A DNA stretch of 63,149 nt, filler included, from Kipferlia bialata (lineage: Eukaryota): the NCBI GenBank assembly GCA_003568945.1. It is 5 parts of 4 records of this genome, joined end to end, with 100 filler letters (N's around TTAATTAATTAA, not from the genome) between each part and the next. Parts side by side here need not be neighbours in the genome. Positions count along the whole stretch, not along the records: positions 45,907 to 55,029 come from BDIP01000072.1; positions 55,130 to 59,912 come from BDIP01000082.1; positions 60,013 to 63,149 come from BDIP01000103.1; 2 more parts are not named here. One strand, written 5' to 3'. Below the pieces are notes generated by a model. It was not told the origin of the DNA, ran no database searches, and worked only from the letters and a program-made list of their open reading frames with translations. The position numbers and the translations under genes are program-made. Position 1 is the stretch's first letter; the number at the start of each line of letters is the position of its first letter. Positions 52,801 through 63,149 of the stretch are shown here, in pieces.

Positions 52801-53115
52801 CTGCACCACGCCACACACACCGTGCACATGCCTTACAAACTGACGCAGCTCAGGGGTAGTCCCCTTGAGGGTAGGTGCAGGTACAGCAGCACCCTCAGAG
52901 CTGGCGGTCACATATGGGAACAGGACAGAGGCCCTGCCCGACACAGCTGCCACACCTATAGCAGCATCCCGGTTGCCTCGGTGGAGCACCAGACACCGGC
53001 CCACAGGCACTGCGAGAGTGTCTGAGTGCCTGAGGGAGCATGGGGTGCCTGTGGCCCTCTGTGAAGTGGCAACACTAACAGGTAGCACAACACCCCCAGA
53101 GACAGGTTCCATCAT
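46884..53115 (-). CDS. Large (about 2000 aa) hypothetical protein: beta-rich N-terminal half, long acidic/Pro-Ser low-complexity region, helical C-terminus; 3 exons
   Basis: ORFs 52009-53145, 47669-51919 and 46884-47675 join in frame through GT-AG introns at about 52068-51925 and 47723-47638, both with CT(C/G)ACCC..CAG acceptors. First ATG at 53115. Confidence 0.75.
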
Positions 53116-53728
53116 CGATTGCGCACCCAATACACCGGCAGACACTCAAGCCACTGATCTAGAGGCAAGATCAGTCCTATGTGTGCGCAGGGAACACACG
53201 TTGGTGCTGTGACGCTGTATGAGTAGAGGCGCTCTCTGTGGTACGTTGGAACGGTGACAAAAGGGTTCAGTGAAAAATGGCATTCGTGGTCTGCCAGCGA
53301 GGTATCGACTACTTAGACGGTCTTTCACTGGGTGGGGGCGTGAAGGAGGAGTTTATTACCTTAGAAGGTTCGTATGGTAGAATAATTGTTGTCTGCGGGA
53401 GAGTCCAGTGTTTCCCTTTTGTAGTATTCGTGCTACCTCATATACCAATCCTCTACGTCCGTATTCCAAGCCACGAGCAGTGAGTGTGATTGTCTGAGTG
53501 GATATTGTGGTTGTAGTGGCGTGAATTAGTCATATGTGGCCTTCTCATGTCAATTTGGCATGGTGGTGTATTCGCTGTCTCAATGGGTCGTGATTGGCAT
53601 CTTGGGCGAGAAGTTGGTAGTCTCTCAGATGTACACCTCTTCTTAGATGAGCACTAGTTAGATACACCATATCTGACCCAGCGCATACACCTGATCAGTC
53701 TGGGCTAGTCCCGTATCATCTGTAGGCA

Positions 53729-54938
53729 ATGGCCCAGAGCAACCTGTGCTGGGATATCTTCAGCCTCAATGACCACAACCAGGTGGGGGCGTGTATGGCA
53801 GTGTGTGTCAGTCTCTCCATACCAATGTGTCATTATTTCTGTGAAACATTGAGAGCGGGATGGATTGGTTCAGTCCATATTCTGAGTGTGTGGCGTGAAT
53901 ACATACCCCTCTCTAATATTCACGATGCCTCTCTCTGTGTCTACACTGATATCCCTCTTGTGTACACCTCCACGCCCTGATACTGACTGTCAGGAGGATG
54001 CCTCTGCTGAGCTGGAGGCCCTGGTGGCAGAGGACACAGACGGAGACAACCTCGCAGCTATCCTCAACCAGGTTCACACACGCATATGAATACATATTAA
54101 TCAATATATACAATAGTACCATGATATCCTCTGTGCCTGTGTACTGATACCAGGACACCTTTGTGAGTGAGCTCCGTGCGTCCAAGCGGTATCTGGAGAC
54201 ATACTTTGGCCAGCCGGCTGTTGTGGGTGCTGTCCTGTCCGCTGTCTTCACCCTGGACGTGGACAGCGTCAGTGTGGACATGTCCAAGAAGGCAGTGCAG
54301 GTGGGTGGGGGTATGAGGGTGTGTTGGGGCATGACTCAGTAGTGTAGATATATATACTATGCTTCGACCCTCCCCTCCTTACCCCAGGTCATCCTTGCCG
54401 ACATGACCCCCTTCTTCGACTCCCTCATGAACGATGGCCAGGACCAGCTGTTGTCCGTGTTCTCGCTGCTCAAGCCCAAGGGGTATGTGGATGCATATGT
54501 ATAGGTGTCTCCGGAATATATCTGTCCCTACTCCCCCCCCCCCCCTCTTACCCCCCAGTGCTGACACCCTTGATGATGACACCCAGTGCGTGGTGGCCGA
54601 GGAGGACCAGCTGCCCCCCCATGTCTGCGAGGCATTCTACAGGTGGGTATCTCACAGATACTATATTACCACAGACACCTCCACCTTTCTGACCCCTAGG
54701 ATAGTTGTTCTGTTCTGTAAGTCCCCAGAGAGGCTGGAGTCCGCCATATGCTTCTTCGAGGTATGGGGGTGTATTGATACCCAGCTTCATATGTATCCCC
54801 GCTATCTCCTCAGCCTCTGATCCCCAGAGCCACCCCTACATCCTTGCCCACTGGATCAGCCACCTGTACTCGGCCCCTGTGTCCGAGGCCCTGTCCTGGA
54901 TACTGCTGCTGCACGGCACAAGGGCAGAGACCACACAG
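53729..54938 (+). CDS. Second SAPS-like protein, N-terminal part, truncated at the gap
   Basis: MAQSNLCWDIFSLNDHNQ/EDASAELEALVAEDTDGDNLAAILNQ/DTFVSELRASKRYLETYFGQPAVVGAVL...MSKKAVQ/VILADM...LPPHVCEAFYR/IVVLFCKSPE.../SHPYILAHWISHLYSAPVSEALSWILL, resembling the SAPS N-terminal domain. Confidence 0.62.
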
Positions 54939-54980
54939 GTATGCATGCACATATATGTACAGATACGTATATACTGGTAT

Positions 54981-55029
<49 letters not shown>

Positions 55030-55129
55030 NNNNNNNNNNNNNNNNNNNNNNNNNNNNNNNNNNNNNNNNNNNNTTAATTAATTAANNNNNNNNNNNNNNN
55101 NNNNNNNNNNNNNNNNNNNNNNNNNNNNN

Positions 55130-55176
<47 letters not shown>

Positions 55177-55210
55177 CATATATAGTGTATAGATACCCTT
55201 CTGACCCCAG

Positions 55211-56554
55211 GTGTGCACGGGGGTGTCCAGACCATCGAGTACTCAGACATGACAGATGACCAGAAGGTGGACGCAGAGGTAATGTTGTGTATATATATAC
55301 GCACCCAGATATATATGTTATTACATACACCTAGTATTATTACTATCTCTAGTTACAGAAGGTGGATGCAGAGGTATCATGCGTTCTCGTTCTACATGGG
55401 TATTCTCTTATAGCTATGTATCTCGTTCATACATACATGAGTATATACACATTGTATCTCTAACCCCAGGGCAATGCCGTCCTCCCCCATGGCACCTTTG
55501 GCGTGTGCATATTCGACCTCGCATTCCTGGCAAGGTACTCAGGATGTGTTGATATATTTCTGTGTTTGTATTAGTTGACGTAGAGACAGTTTCCTATTTC
55601 TAACCCTAGAGTGAACGCCGAGGAGGGTCTGCCATGGCACCAGGCCATCAAGGCAGTGAAGAGGCCAGACGGTACAGTCACGGACCAGAAGTACGTGTAT
55701 GTGTATATATGCAATACTCTCTAATACTTATTGTATTATTGTGGTATATATATTGCAGTCAAGGGGCCAGACGGCACAGTAACAGATCAGAAGTACGACA
55801 TAGAGATGACCACACACAAACATATATGTATAGTACTTTTGGTTTCTTATGTGTATGCCAGAGGTGCTAGTCAAGTATTAGAGGTATACACTTCTCTTTC
55901 TTCTTGCATCCTATTCTCTTCTGCTGACAGTGGTTCTCTTACCACAGGGCCTATAAGTTTGAGCGCTTTGTCTTCGACACGATGATATCCCTACGGAGAC
56001 CCCAGGCCGTGCCCTTCCTACTCGTGGACAGGTACTACTTAGTATCCTAAGATATACATTATATACTATACATAGAGTATTCGTATAGTGTGTATTGCTG
56101 CACAGTGCCTGGAGCAGTGTTATGTAGATACTCTTATGTCTTACTCTCTTACGCCAGAGACCGTGAGTTTGCCCCCCTCTACACACCAAATACTGTACAA
56201 TAGTAATAGGAATGACATTTGATGAGCGACTGTTATTTCTTACTCTCTTACCCTAGGGACCGTGAGTTTGCCCCCCTCAAGAACAGAGAGGGTGTGGACT
56301 CCCCAGAGACTGTGTCTGAGCTGGTCAGGTCCAACCTGCTTAGGTATGTACATATATATATATATATATTACACCTTGTATGTGCATATGTATGTACACA
56401 CTGACCCCCCAGGGTTGGCAGGAGTGCTGCCCACCAGGCGGGTCTGCCCCTGCCTGTCGGGTGTCTGCCTGACATCCCATGGTTGTTTGACGAGCAGGGC
56501 CTGGTGGATAGACTGATCGAGAGTGGCCAGTGGTCAGACCTACTTATATGCTGA
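55211..56554 (+). CDS. UAP1: UDP-N-acetylglucosamine pyrophosphorylase (UDPGP type 1 family), 3' half
   Basis: Spliced: VQTIEYSDM...HGTFGVCIFDLAFL...LPWHQAIKAV...AYKFERFVFD...VDRDREFAPLKNREGVDSPET. The IEYS, KFE.F.FD and EFAPLKN motifs are diagnostic of the family. Stop TGA at 56552-56554. Confidence 0.88.
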
Positions 56555-57144
56555 TGGAAGCATACCATTGTGGTTAATTATACCCTTATGCTGGAGGTGG
56601 AAGGTGACTGCGGCACTAGCATACTCCTGTATAGTATGGAGATACCACATTATGTGGCCAGACCTCCTCATATGCTGATGGTATGGTATGGTATGAGGTA
56701 TCATGAGGGAACTTATATGTAATTTGTTTGCGTCAGAGGCCAATGCAAGGTCATTTTGCAGAATTGTAATTGTTTAATAGAATAGTAACTTTGACTGTGT
56801 GGATGAACTGGACGCTGCTGGATCTATGTGTGTCACAATAGCCCTTGAGCCCTCTAGGAATCACGACGTATACATACATGATTCAGAAAGAGAGACTCTA
56901 ATGAGAGCTGGACTATCGACCACACTTCAAGGAGGGGTGTAACCAGTCCACAATGTGTGTTAAGAGCACACCCCAAGTCACCGATTGCACTGACACAGAG
57001 GCCCTCTCGTATTCACAAGACTCTTCTTTCCTAGACCATGTTAGAACCCACAGTACGGCCTCGGCAGTCGAACCATACCACGATACACAATGCTAAAAAC
57101 ATGGCGATCGAGAACGCTCTCAAAGGTAGACAGATACAGTCTCT

Positions 57145-58636
57145 CTAGAGCTCCTTCTCCATCCTGAAGTGGGGGATGCCAACCTCCACGAACCGATCTC
57201 CCACAGTGTGGTATCCAAGCTGGGTGTAGAAACCAAGGGCATACTCCCTGGGGTAAGGCCTCAATTATGATAAGAATACTCAAACATATACTACTAGTAA
57301 TTAGCACCAGCAACTACATAATTTAGCAAAGTGACAAGATGGGTGTAGAAGCCAAGGGCATACTCTCTGGGGTAAGAGCACGATTATGCATAACTATACG
57401 CACATATATATTGATTAGCACCAACAACTACACATTTAGCAAAAATGACAAGATGGGTGTAGAAGCCAAGCACTCCCTGGTGTAAGGGCACAGGTATACC
57501 ATGTATACACGACTTGCACATACAAGAATGAAAGAGACTCTCATTCCAAAGGTATACGCATAGACATAGTAGTATGGACTCTGCTAGTCCTAATCCAGCA
57601 GTGCATCCACCCTAGGAAATACTTACTATTAATATCCATACAAATCGAAACACCCACATATATATACACCCACATATATATATATACACACATATATATA
57701 TGCCCACCTAGCATGCACTATGATCCTCTCCTCCCCCTTGAGCAGTGCCTCCACCCTGGTGACTAGGAGGGAGCCCAGGCCCTGGGGTTACACTTATGTA
57801 TGAAGATACATTAGTGTATATACAATGATGTGTAGGTACAAATGAAACAGTATGGTGTCGTTGGCCAGGGTCAAATAGGGGGACAACAGAGTGGATACCC
57901 ATTAGACAAGGGCGAGTGTGGCATGAAAGATATGATTTGAGTGACTCTAGAGGCACATGCATACTCCTCTATAAAGTGTACTGAATAGCGTCCAATACCT
58001 GGCGTCTGAACCCATCGGCTATGGCCATCTGCCTGAGCTTGACTGCACCCTGAGAGGTAAGGACAGACAGGCACACAAATAGACACATATCGAATGAACT
58101 ATTTGTATTGGAGATGGATTGTATTTCATAAATATGTATACCTCATAGGGCAGCTTGACTGCACCCTGACAGGTAGGTGGAAAGAGCATATACTATATAT
58201 GACACATGTAATAGATATGTATACCTCATAGGGCACTGCAGAGAGACACCCAATCAGGGCAGGAGAGCCGACCTGCCGCATCGCAAAGTGCCTGGGGGTA
58301 GTATAGGTGGGAGAGGGAGAGATACTGGGTATGTTAGTGTGCACTGACTGGTACAGCAGTGCACTCCAATCTCAATACTGTAACTAGTGCAATATACTAC
58401 TGCCACGTCCCAGTCTCCCGATCCAGCGGACAAGAGCAAGTAACATGGAGACAGATGCCTATAGTACGTGCTATCATAGCAACATACACTCCATACCTCT
58501 GGTTGACCTCGTCAGACAGGTCATCGTCCTTAATTGATAGGCCAAGGGGCACACGCAGGGCAGCATCACGCAGAGCAAGTGCCTCGATGTACTCAGAGGA
58601 CCCATGGGGAACCTCACACACCTCTACCTCTATCAT
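57145..58636 (-). CDS. GNAT N-acetyltransferase, ElaA/YjcF-like (bacterial type), 5 exons
   Basis: MIEVEVCEVPHGSSEYIEALALRDAALRVPLGLSIKDDDLSDE...LIGCL...VKLRQMAIADGFRRQGLGSLLVTRVE...IIVHAREYALGFYTQLGYHTVGDRFVEVGIPHFRMEKEL*. Contains acetyl-CoA motif A (RRQGLG) and the GFY..LGY...EVGIPH..M.K signature. Confidence 0.88.
57221..57490 (-). repeat. Three-copy tandem repeat (about 117 bp period) of a splice acceptor plus exon start
   Basis: Plus-strand TGGGTGTAGAA(A/G)CCAAG(GG)CA(TA)CTC(C/T)CTGG(G/T)GTAAG at 57221, 57340 and 57454. Confidence 0.9.
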
Positions 58637-58795
58637 ATAGAGTCCTCGAGAATGAAGAAGACTGACAAGAGGTCAGTGACTATACAACGGTCGAGACGCT
58701 CCATAGACTCAAAAAACAATCGTCGCACCCTTTTGTCAGATCGTCCACTGCCGATGATCGCTTCTCTCACCAACTCGTGGACTGAGAGAGTGTCC

Positions 58796-59875
58796 ATGAG
58801 AGAGGAACCAGGTGCGGGCCCCCCTGCGGTGCTCAAGATCCGGTTTGAAGGTCCCTGCCAGGAGTGTGTGAGTGAGGATGTGTCTGGCTCGAGTGCCGCC
58901 AGTGCCTCTACTGCCATGGTGCTGGCTGACATGAACCAGGACAGAGCCGCCATGTCCTACTTCGAGGGCTTCTGCCACCCCCAGGGGACTCCCCTGGCCA
59001 CCCTGGACTGCAGCGCCCTGTCGTATCTGTACAGCATGCTGAGTGACAGCCAGGAGATGCACCTCCATGGCATGACAAGGCGGGTGTCAAGGCTGTTTGC
59101 CATGGCACATGCCGACAACCTGAGGTTCGGACCCAACCTGTCCTTCGTGAGTCTTGATGGGGACATGCAGACTGCTGTGGAGGTCTCTCCCCACAGGCAG
59201 ACGCTGCTGGCACTACTCGAGGTGGGGTGAACAGTATTGCACCTACTGTTGAGTGCACACATGTATAGTCCATATTGTGAATAGCTGGTGTTGTCATATT
59301 GGGACACATGGTTCCTGGTGTGGCCATAGCCAGTCATGCTTATTGGTATACACAGACATATATTAATTCATTCCTTATACCAATCTGTTCTGACCCCAGG
59401 AGAGCTATGAGAGCGTGACTGAGAGTGAGTGGCGCATGGCCCCCGTCCCCTATGAGACTGTGACCTCCATGTCACACCACACACGCGGCATGTGCAAGAG
59501 ATACAGGTACTCAACCCCCCCCCCCCCCTCCCTCTTGATCTCTCACCTATTCTCTGTGCTTTGTCTCTCTGACTGCCAGGGGACTGAACCCCGAGGGCGT
59601 GTTTCTCCCCATGCCCATTGGCCCAGTCGGACCCACCACCACTCCCCAGGCCACACGGCTCGTGTACTCACCCCCTGACGCTGGTATGTGTGCATCTATC
59701 AGATCTCTCTCTCATCCCCCCTCCCCTTCTTAGTGGTGTCTGAGGTATACATGTATTCTCTCTCTCACCCCCCCCCCTACTCTGACCCAGTTGTGTCTGA
59801 GGCCTATGAGGCTGAGCTCTTCCTAGACAGAGAGCTGAGGCGCCAGGTGTGTATGGACTTGATGTACTATCTCTA

Positions 59876-59907
<32 letters not shown>

Positions 59908-60406
59908 CCCCCNNNNNNNNNNNNNNNNNNNNNNNNNNNNNNNNNNNNNNNNNNNNTTAATTAATTAANNNNNNNNNNNNNNNNNNNNNNNNNNNNNNNN
60001 NNNNNNNNNNNNGTGTGCTCTTCCGATCTATCTCTACTGGTGTCGACCCCCCCCCCCCTCCCTCTCTCTCTCCTCCCCAGGTCGAGGCTGAGCGTGATGC
60101 CCTGGCAGCCCAGGTCACAGCCATGCAGGAGAAGCAGGACAGGCTGGAGTACAGGTGGGTAAGGATATGATATATGGGTGGTAATATGACTTGTGGTATT
60201 GGTGCTGTATTTGTATGTGTGTGTATGTGTGTATGAGAAGCAGGACAGGCTGGAGTGCAGGTGGGGTGGTATGGTTTATATATGTGTGACGCACACAGCG
60301 TGGGTACTATGAATTCATTAACCAACACCCTCTCTTACCCTCTCTTACCCTCTCACCCAGGATTGTGCACCTGCTCCGTGCTCTTGAGGCCAGAGACCCC
60401 AAGTAA
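58796..60406 (+). CDS. Hypothetical protein with a C-terminal coiled coil (last two exons lie beyond a linker gap)
   Basis: MREEPGAGPPAVLKIRFEG... exon to 59221, further exons near 59400-59507 and 59791-59846, then VEAERDALAAQVTAMQEKQDRLEY/RIVHLLRALEARDPK* (TAA 60404-60406). The start could instead be 58753. Confidence 0.6.
60013..60029 (+). other. Illumina adapter remnant
   Basis: GTGTGCTCTTCCGATCT directly at a contig edge matches the 3' end of the TruSeq read-2 primer/adapter sequence. Confidence 0.9.
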
Positions 60407-60737
60407 CTGAGACACATGTCTATATAGACAGGTGATAAGGGGTGTCACTTGTTCCCGCCCATCATTAGACCGATGGAGAGACGTCGCTCTTCATTGTGAT
60501 AGGCTTTGGTTGTCGGCATATCTCTCTGCTTCATGCATCGTCAGACCAGTTCTGTGGGGGTGGAGGGCTTGGAGTGTTTCTAAATATTCGTTTTGTGCGT
60601 TGGTGTGCTGTGTAAATGGGTATGGGTACCTGTCAACGTATGTACACTCTCCATAGAAGTACTACAATTATATTCTCTCAATACCACCTTGTATCCGTGG
60701 AACATAGGATTTGACGCTCCTATCTGACGCTCCTACC

Positions 60738-61883
60738 TTACAGTAGACCCACGCCTACTGCGTCACACCCTACCTCCCGATACTCTGTCTCACTCTCCCC
60801 CTCACTGTCGCTGTCCTCCACCTCTCTCTCCCGTGTCACTGGTGTATCTGTATCAGCCACACGTACCCCATCGGCTAGTCCGTCCCCCCTCTCCCCCACA
60901 CTCACTGTGTACACCACCCTCTGCCCAGCATCCACCCAGCACCCGTGCCCTGCCTTGGATACACCCACCACAAGGGCAGTGCGGGCATCCACCATAGTAC
61001 CCATGCCCCTGTCTAGTGAGACTGACAGGGTGCCCCCCTCATGCCACTCCCTGGTGTGGGTGTGGTAGGCATGGACACTGCTCTCGTGGCACCGGCCCCC
61101 TATCACCAGGAGCCACTCCTTGTAGGGTAGGACCACGGGGTTGAAGGCCTCAAAGGGGGGCTGGGTTAGACATGGAGGGTATAAGGGGAGAGTAAGATAT
61201 AATATACATACCCCTCCTACCTTGGATGCCGTCTCCCACCTACCCCCTACCAATGCCTGTGAGGGCGTGTCAGCAGAGGGGTCAGGGACTAGGTACATGT
61301 GTCTGGGCACAGTCCAGAAGGGGTGGGTCTGGATGAGGTGGAGGGTGGGGCCTACCGCTACCACACCCCCTGCAACCTCTGCAGAGAGAGAGTGTGAGAA
61401 TGTGTGTGCGGTGGATGCCTCAGGGAGAGGCAAGGTGCCTGAGTGAGAGGGGCCCATGAACCCAGGCTGCCTACACCCCAGATAGGACAAGATAGGGTCA
61501 GACCCCACTGTATGGGACACAGTGCAGGTGAGAGGGTCACAGCCAGTGGACAGGTCCGTTGGATGTCCCACCCACTCTCTATCCGCACTGTCTGAGTCCA
61601 TCACTGACAGATGTACAGTGGGGGAGCCATGCCTCTGTCTGAACTGGAGTAGCATCCCAGACACCCTGTGATAGTGTACATTGTACTCCTTGTCACAGGG
61701 CATAGCACTGCACAACTCAGTGGGTACGAGGGACACGTCACCACTCTCTGATGTGTCCAGCTCCACACTGTACACAGTGCCATCCCTCACAGCCACTAGA
61801 GGACCCGAACCACACATCACTAGACAGTCGCCTAAGGAGGGGTCGATGCCACATGCAGACAGTGTGAGAGGAAGGTGTGGCAT
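60738..61883 (-). CDS. Divergent Kelch-like protein with one short intron
   Basis: 381-aa ORF with VVAVGPTLHLI and PPFEAFNPVVLPYKEWLLVIGGRCHESSVHAYHTHTREWHEGG. Probable in-frame intron at about 61220-61161 (GTAGGA...CTAACCCAG). Confidence 0.68.
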   Translation of the reverse strand: MPHLPLTLSACGIDPSLGDCLVMCGSGPLVAVRDGTVYSVELDTSESGDVSLVPTELCSAMPCDKEYNVHYHRVSGMLLQFRQRHGSPTVHLSVMDSDSADREWVGHPTDLSTGCDPLTCTVSHTVGSDPILSYLGCRQPGFMGPSHSGTLPLPEASTAHTFSHSLSAEVAGGVVAVGPTLHLIQTHPFWTVPRHMYLVPDPSADTPSQALVGGRWETASKVGGVCILYLTLPLYPPCLTQPPFEAFNPVVLPYKEWLLVIGGRCHESSVHAYHTHTREWHEGGTLSVSLDRGMGTMVDARTALVVGVSKAGHGCWVDAGQRVVYTVSVGERGDGLADGVRVADTDTPVTREREVEDSDSEGESETEYREVGCDAVGVGLL

Positions 61884-63011
61884 GGGTTAGTGCGGTTTGA
61901 AGGGAGGCAGGACCAAACAAGACCACAACCCATAGGTGACAAGTGCTGACTGTAGACAAGAGTGTGCTGTCATCACCCGATTGACTGTAGATGTCAAGCA
62001 CAAAATGTCACGTAATGTAGATGTTACACGTTTCTAACGGCAATTCTGTCCGACCGAGCCTCCGACTCCGAGAACGCCTAGTGACTGTGGAGAATACAAC
62101 TCGGGCATTCCCACAACCGACTCGTAATCCTGTCTCGGAAAGATGTCCCATACAGTTGGGAAGATGTGGATAGTAGCCGCTAGTCTAGCGGCTAGATACT
62201 GCTGTGTCGAATACCACAGTACGCTGCTCAGACTTTTCTATTCTTTCCTGAGGAAGCTTTGACTCTTAGCGAATGAAGGAAGAGTATGTATTATATTTAT
62301 AAGTAGTATGGGTAACCATACTATGATCAATACCCTTAGGCGGGGTAGGTGGATCAGAAGGATACTACGTCGAGTATTGAAGGGAAAGCGCAATATCCAG
62401 AAATTGAATCTTGGGTATCATGGAATCGTCACAGGAGAACGTAGTTGGACCTCTGACATATACTTTCGGTCACCTCGTTGTAACCGGGAGGTTCCTCCAC
62501 ACGAGGCCGACTGTGTCAAGCTCTGCTCATCTACTGATTATCGAGTTGTGTTCAAATCCCGCTTCCATATGTCACTTGGTGTCCCTACACACTCGTGTAG
62601 AGGCTGACCAGGCGGGTATTCGTGGCATATGGGATTGTTATCGCAGTAGTGTTATAGCCTGGAGACGTTCGGCTCATATGTCTCATTTCGGTTCCGACTA
62701 TCCAGCCGCTGGATTCCAGCGCCATTCAGTTGACGTTCCATACTATTTACGTAGCTATGTGAGTCGGGTGTCTTTCCCATTTTAATGTCGGATATATGGA
62801 ACATCCAGTATCCAGCATTCAAGCCTAACCCCACTAGCAGAGTGTGCCGAGTTAACTGCACAGAGAGCGCCTAACCCTTTTGCAAACTCAACAATACCGC
62901 CGTGACACACTCAACTAGACCCCATACACACACACATTTACTGCTGCACTTGACATGTTGACATGTGACTCCGAGGCATATATCCAAGGACTAACCAGTC
63001 CCACACCGTCC

Positions 63012-63088
63012 CTAGAAGTCCTCGTCCTCCCCGTTCATATCCTGGTCATTGGCGTTGGGGTCGGCCCTCCTGGTCTGGAGGAGCTCAC
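63012..63088 (-). CDS. Terminal exon of a gene continuing beyond the window
   Basis: Acceptor CTCACCCCCAG followed by ELLQTRRADPNANDQDMNGEDEDF*. Confidence 0.5.
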
Positions 63089-63149
63089 TGGGGGTGAGGG
63101 GGGGGGGAGATTGAGAGAGAGAGGGAGGGAGTAGCGTGAACAGGCTATT

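Noticed and set aside
53146..53283. In-frame TGA between an upstream ATG (53283) and the large ORF, suggesting readthrough or selenocysteine
   Set aside because: ATGs at 53115 and 53112 give a normal start. There is no conserved context or SECIS evidence, and other genes here use TGA as a stop.
60013..60029. GTGTGCTCTTCCGATCT as biological sequence
   Set aside because: Matches the Illumina adapter and sits at a contig edge.
62000..62900. Short ORFs in a gene-free stretch, possibly a mobile-element relic
   Set aside because: No recognisable transposase or RT motif, terminal repeats or typical splice signals.

Overview
This is eukaryotic, very intron-rich protist DNA. Short GT-AG introns end in a branch point joined to the acceptor (CT[ACG]AC-CCCCAG) and are full of TA/CT microsatellites. 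This style fits a fornicate metamonad such as Kipferlia bialata (inferred, not proven). About 17 spliced genes or gene fragments can be reconstructed, separated by six assembly gaps, four of which carry an artificial TTAATTAATTAA linker. Bases 1-16.4 kb hold four consecutive genes with bacterial-type products: a DUF1566/Lcl protein, a giant secreted LRR plus carboxypeptidase-regulatory-like repeat protein, an uncharacterised secreted protein, and an Lnt-like membrane nitrilase-family enzyme. Further on are a Kelch protein, a Kelch + kinase + probable pseudokinase gene, a coiled-coil protein, two SAPS-like paralogs, a PH-domain protein, a large beta-rich/acidic protein, a UDP-GlcNAc pyrophosphorylase 3' half, a bacterial-type GNAT and hypothetical genes. 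The most striking unexplained structure is that dozens of introns contain decayed tandem copies ('echoes') of the adjacent exon end together with its splice site. Exon boundaries were read by eye, and family calls come from motif recognition, not database searches.
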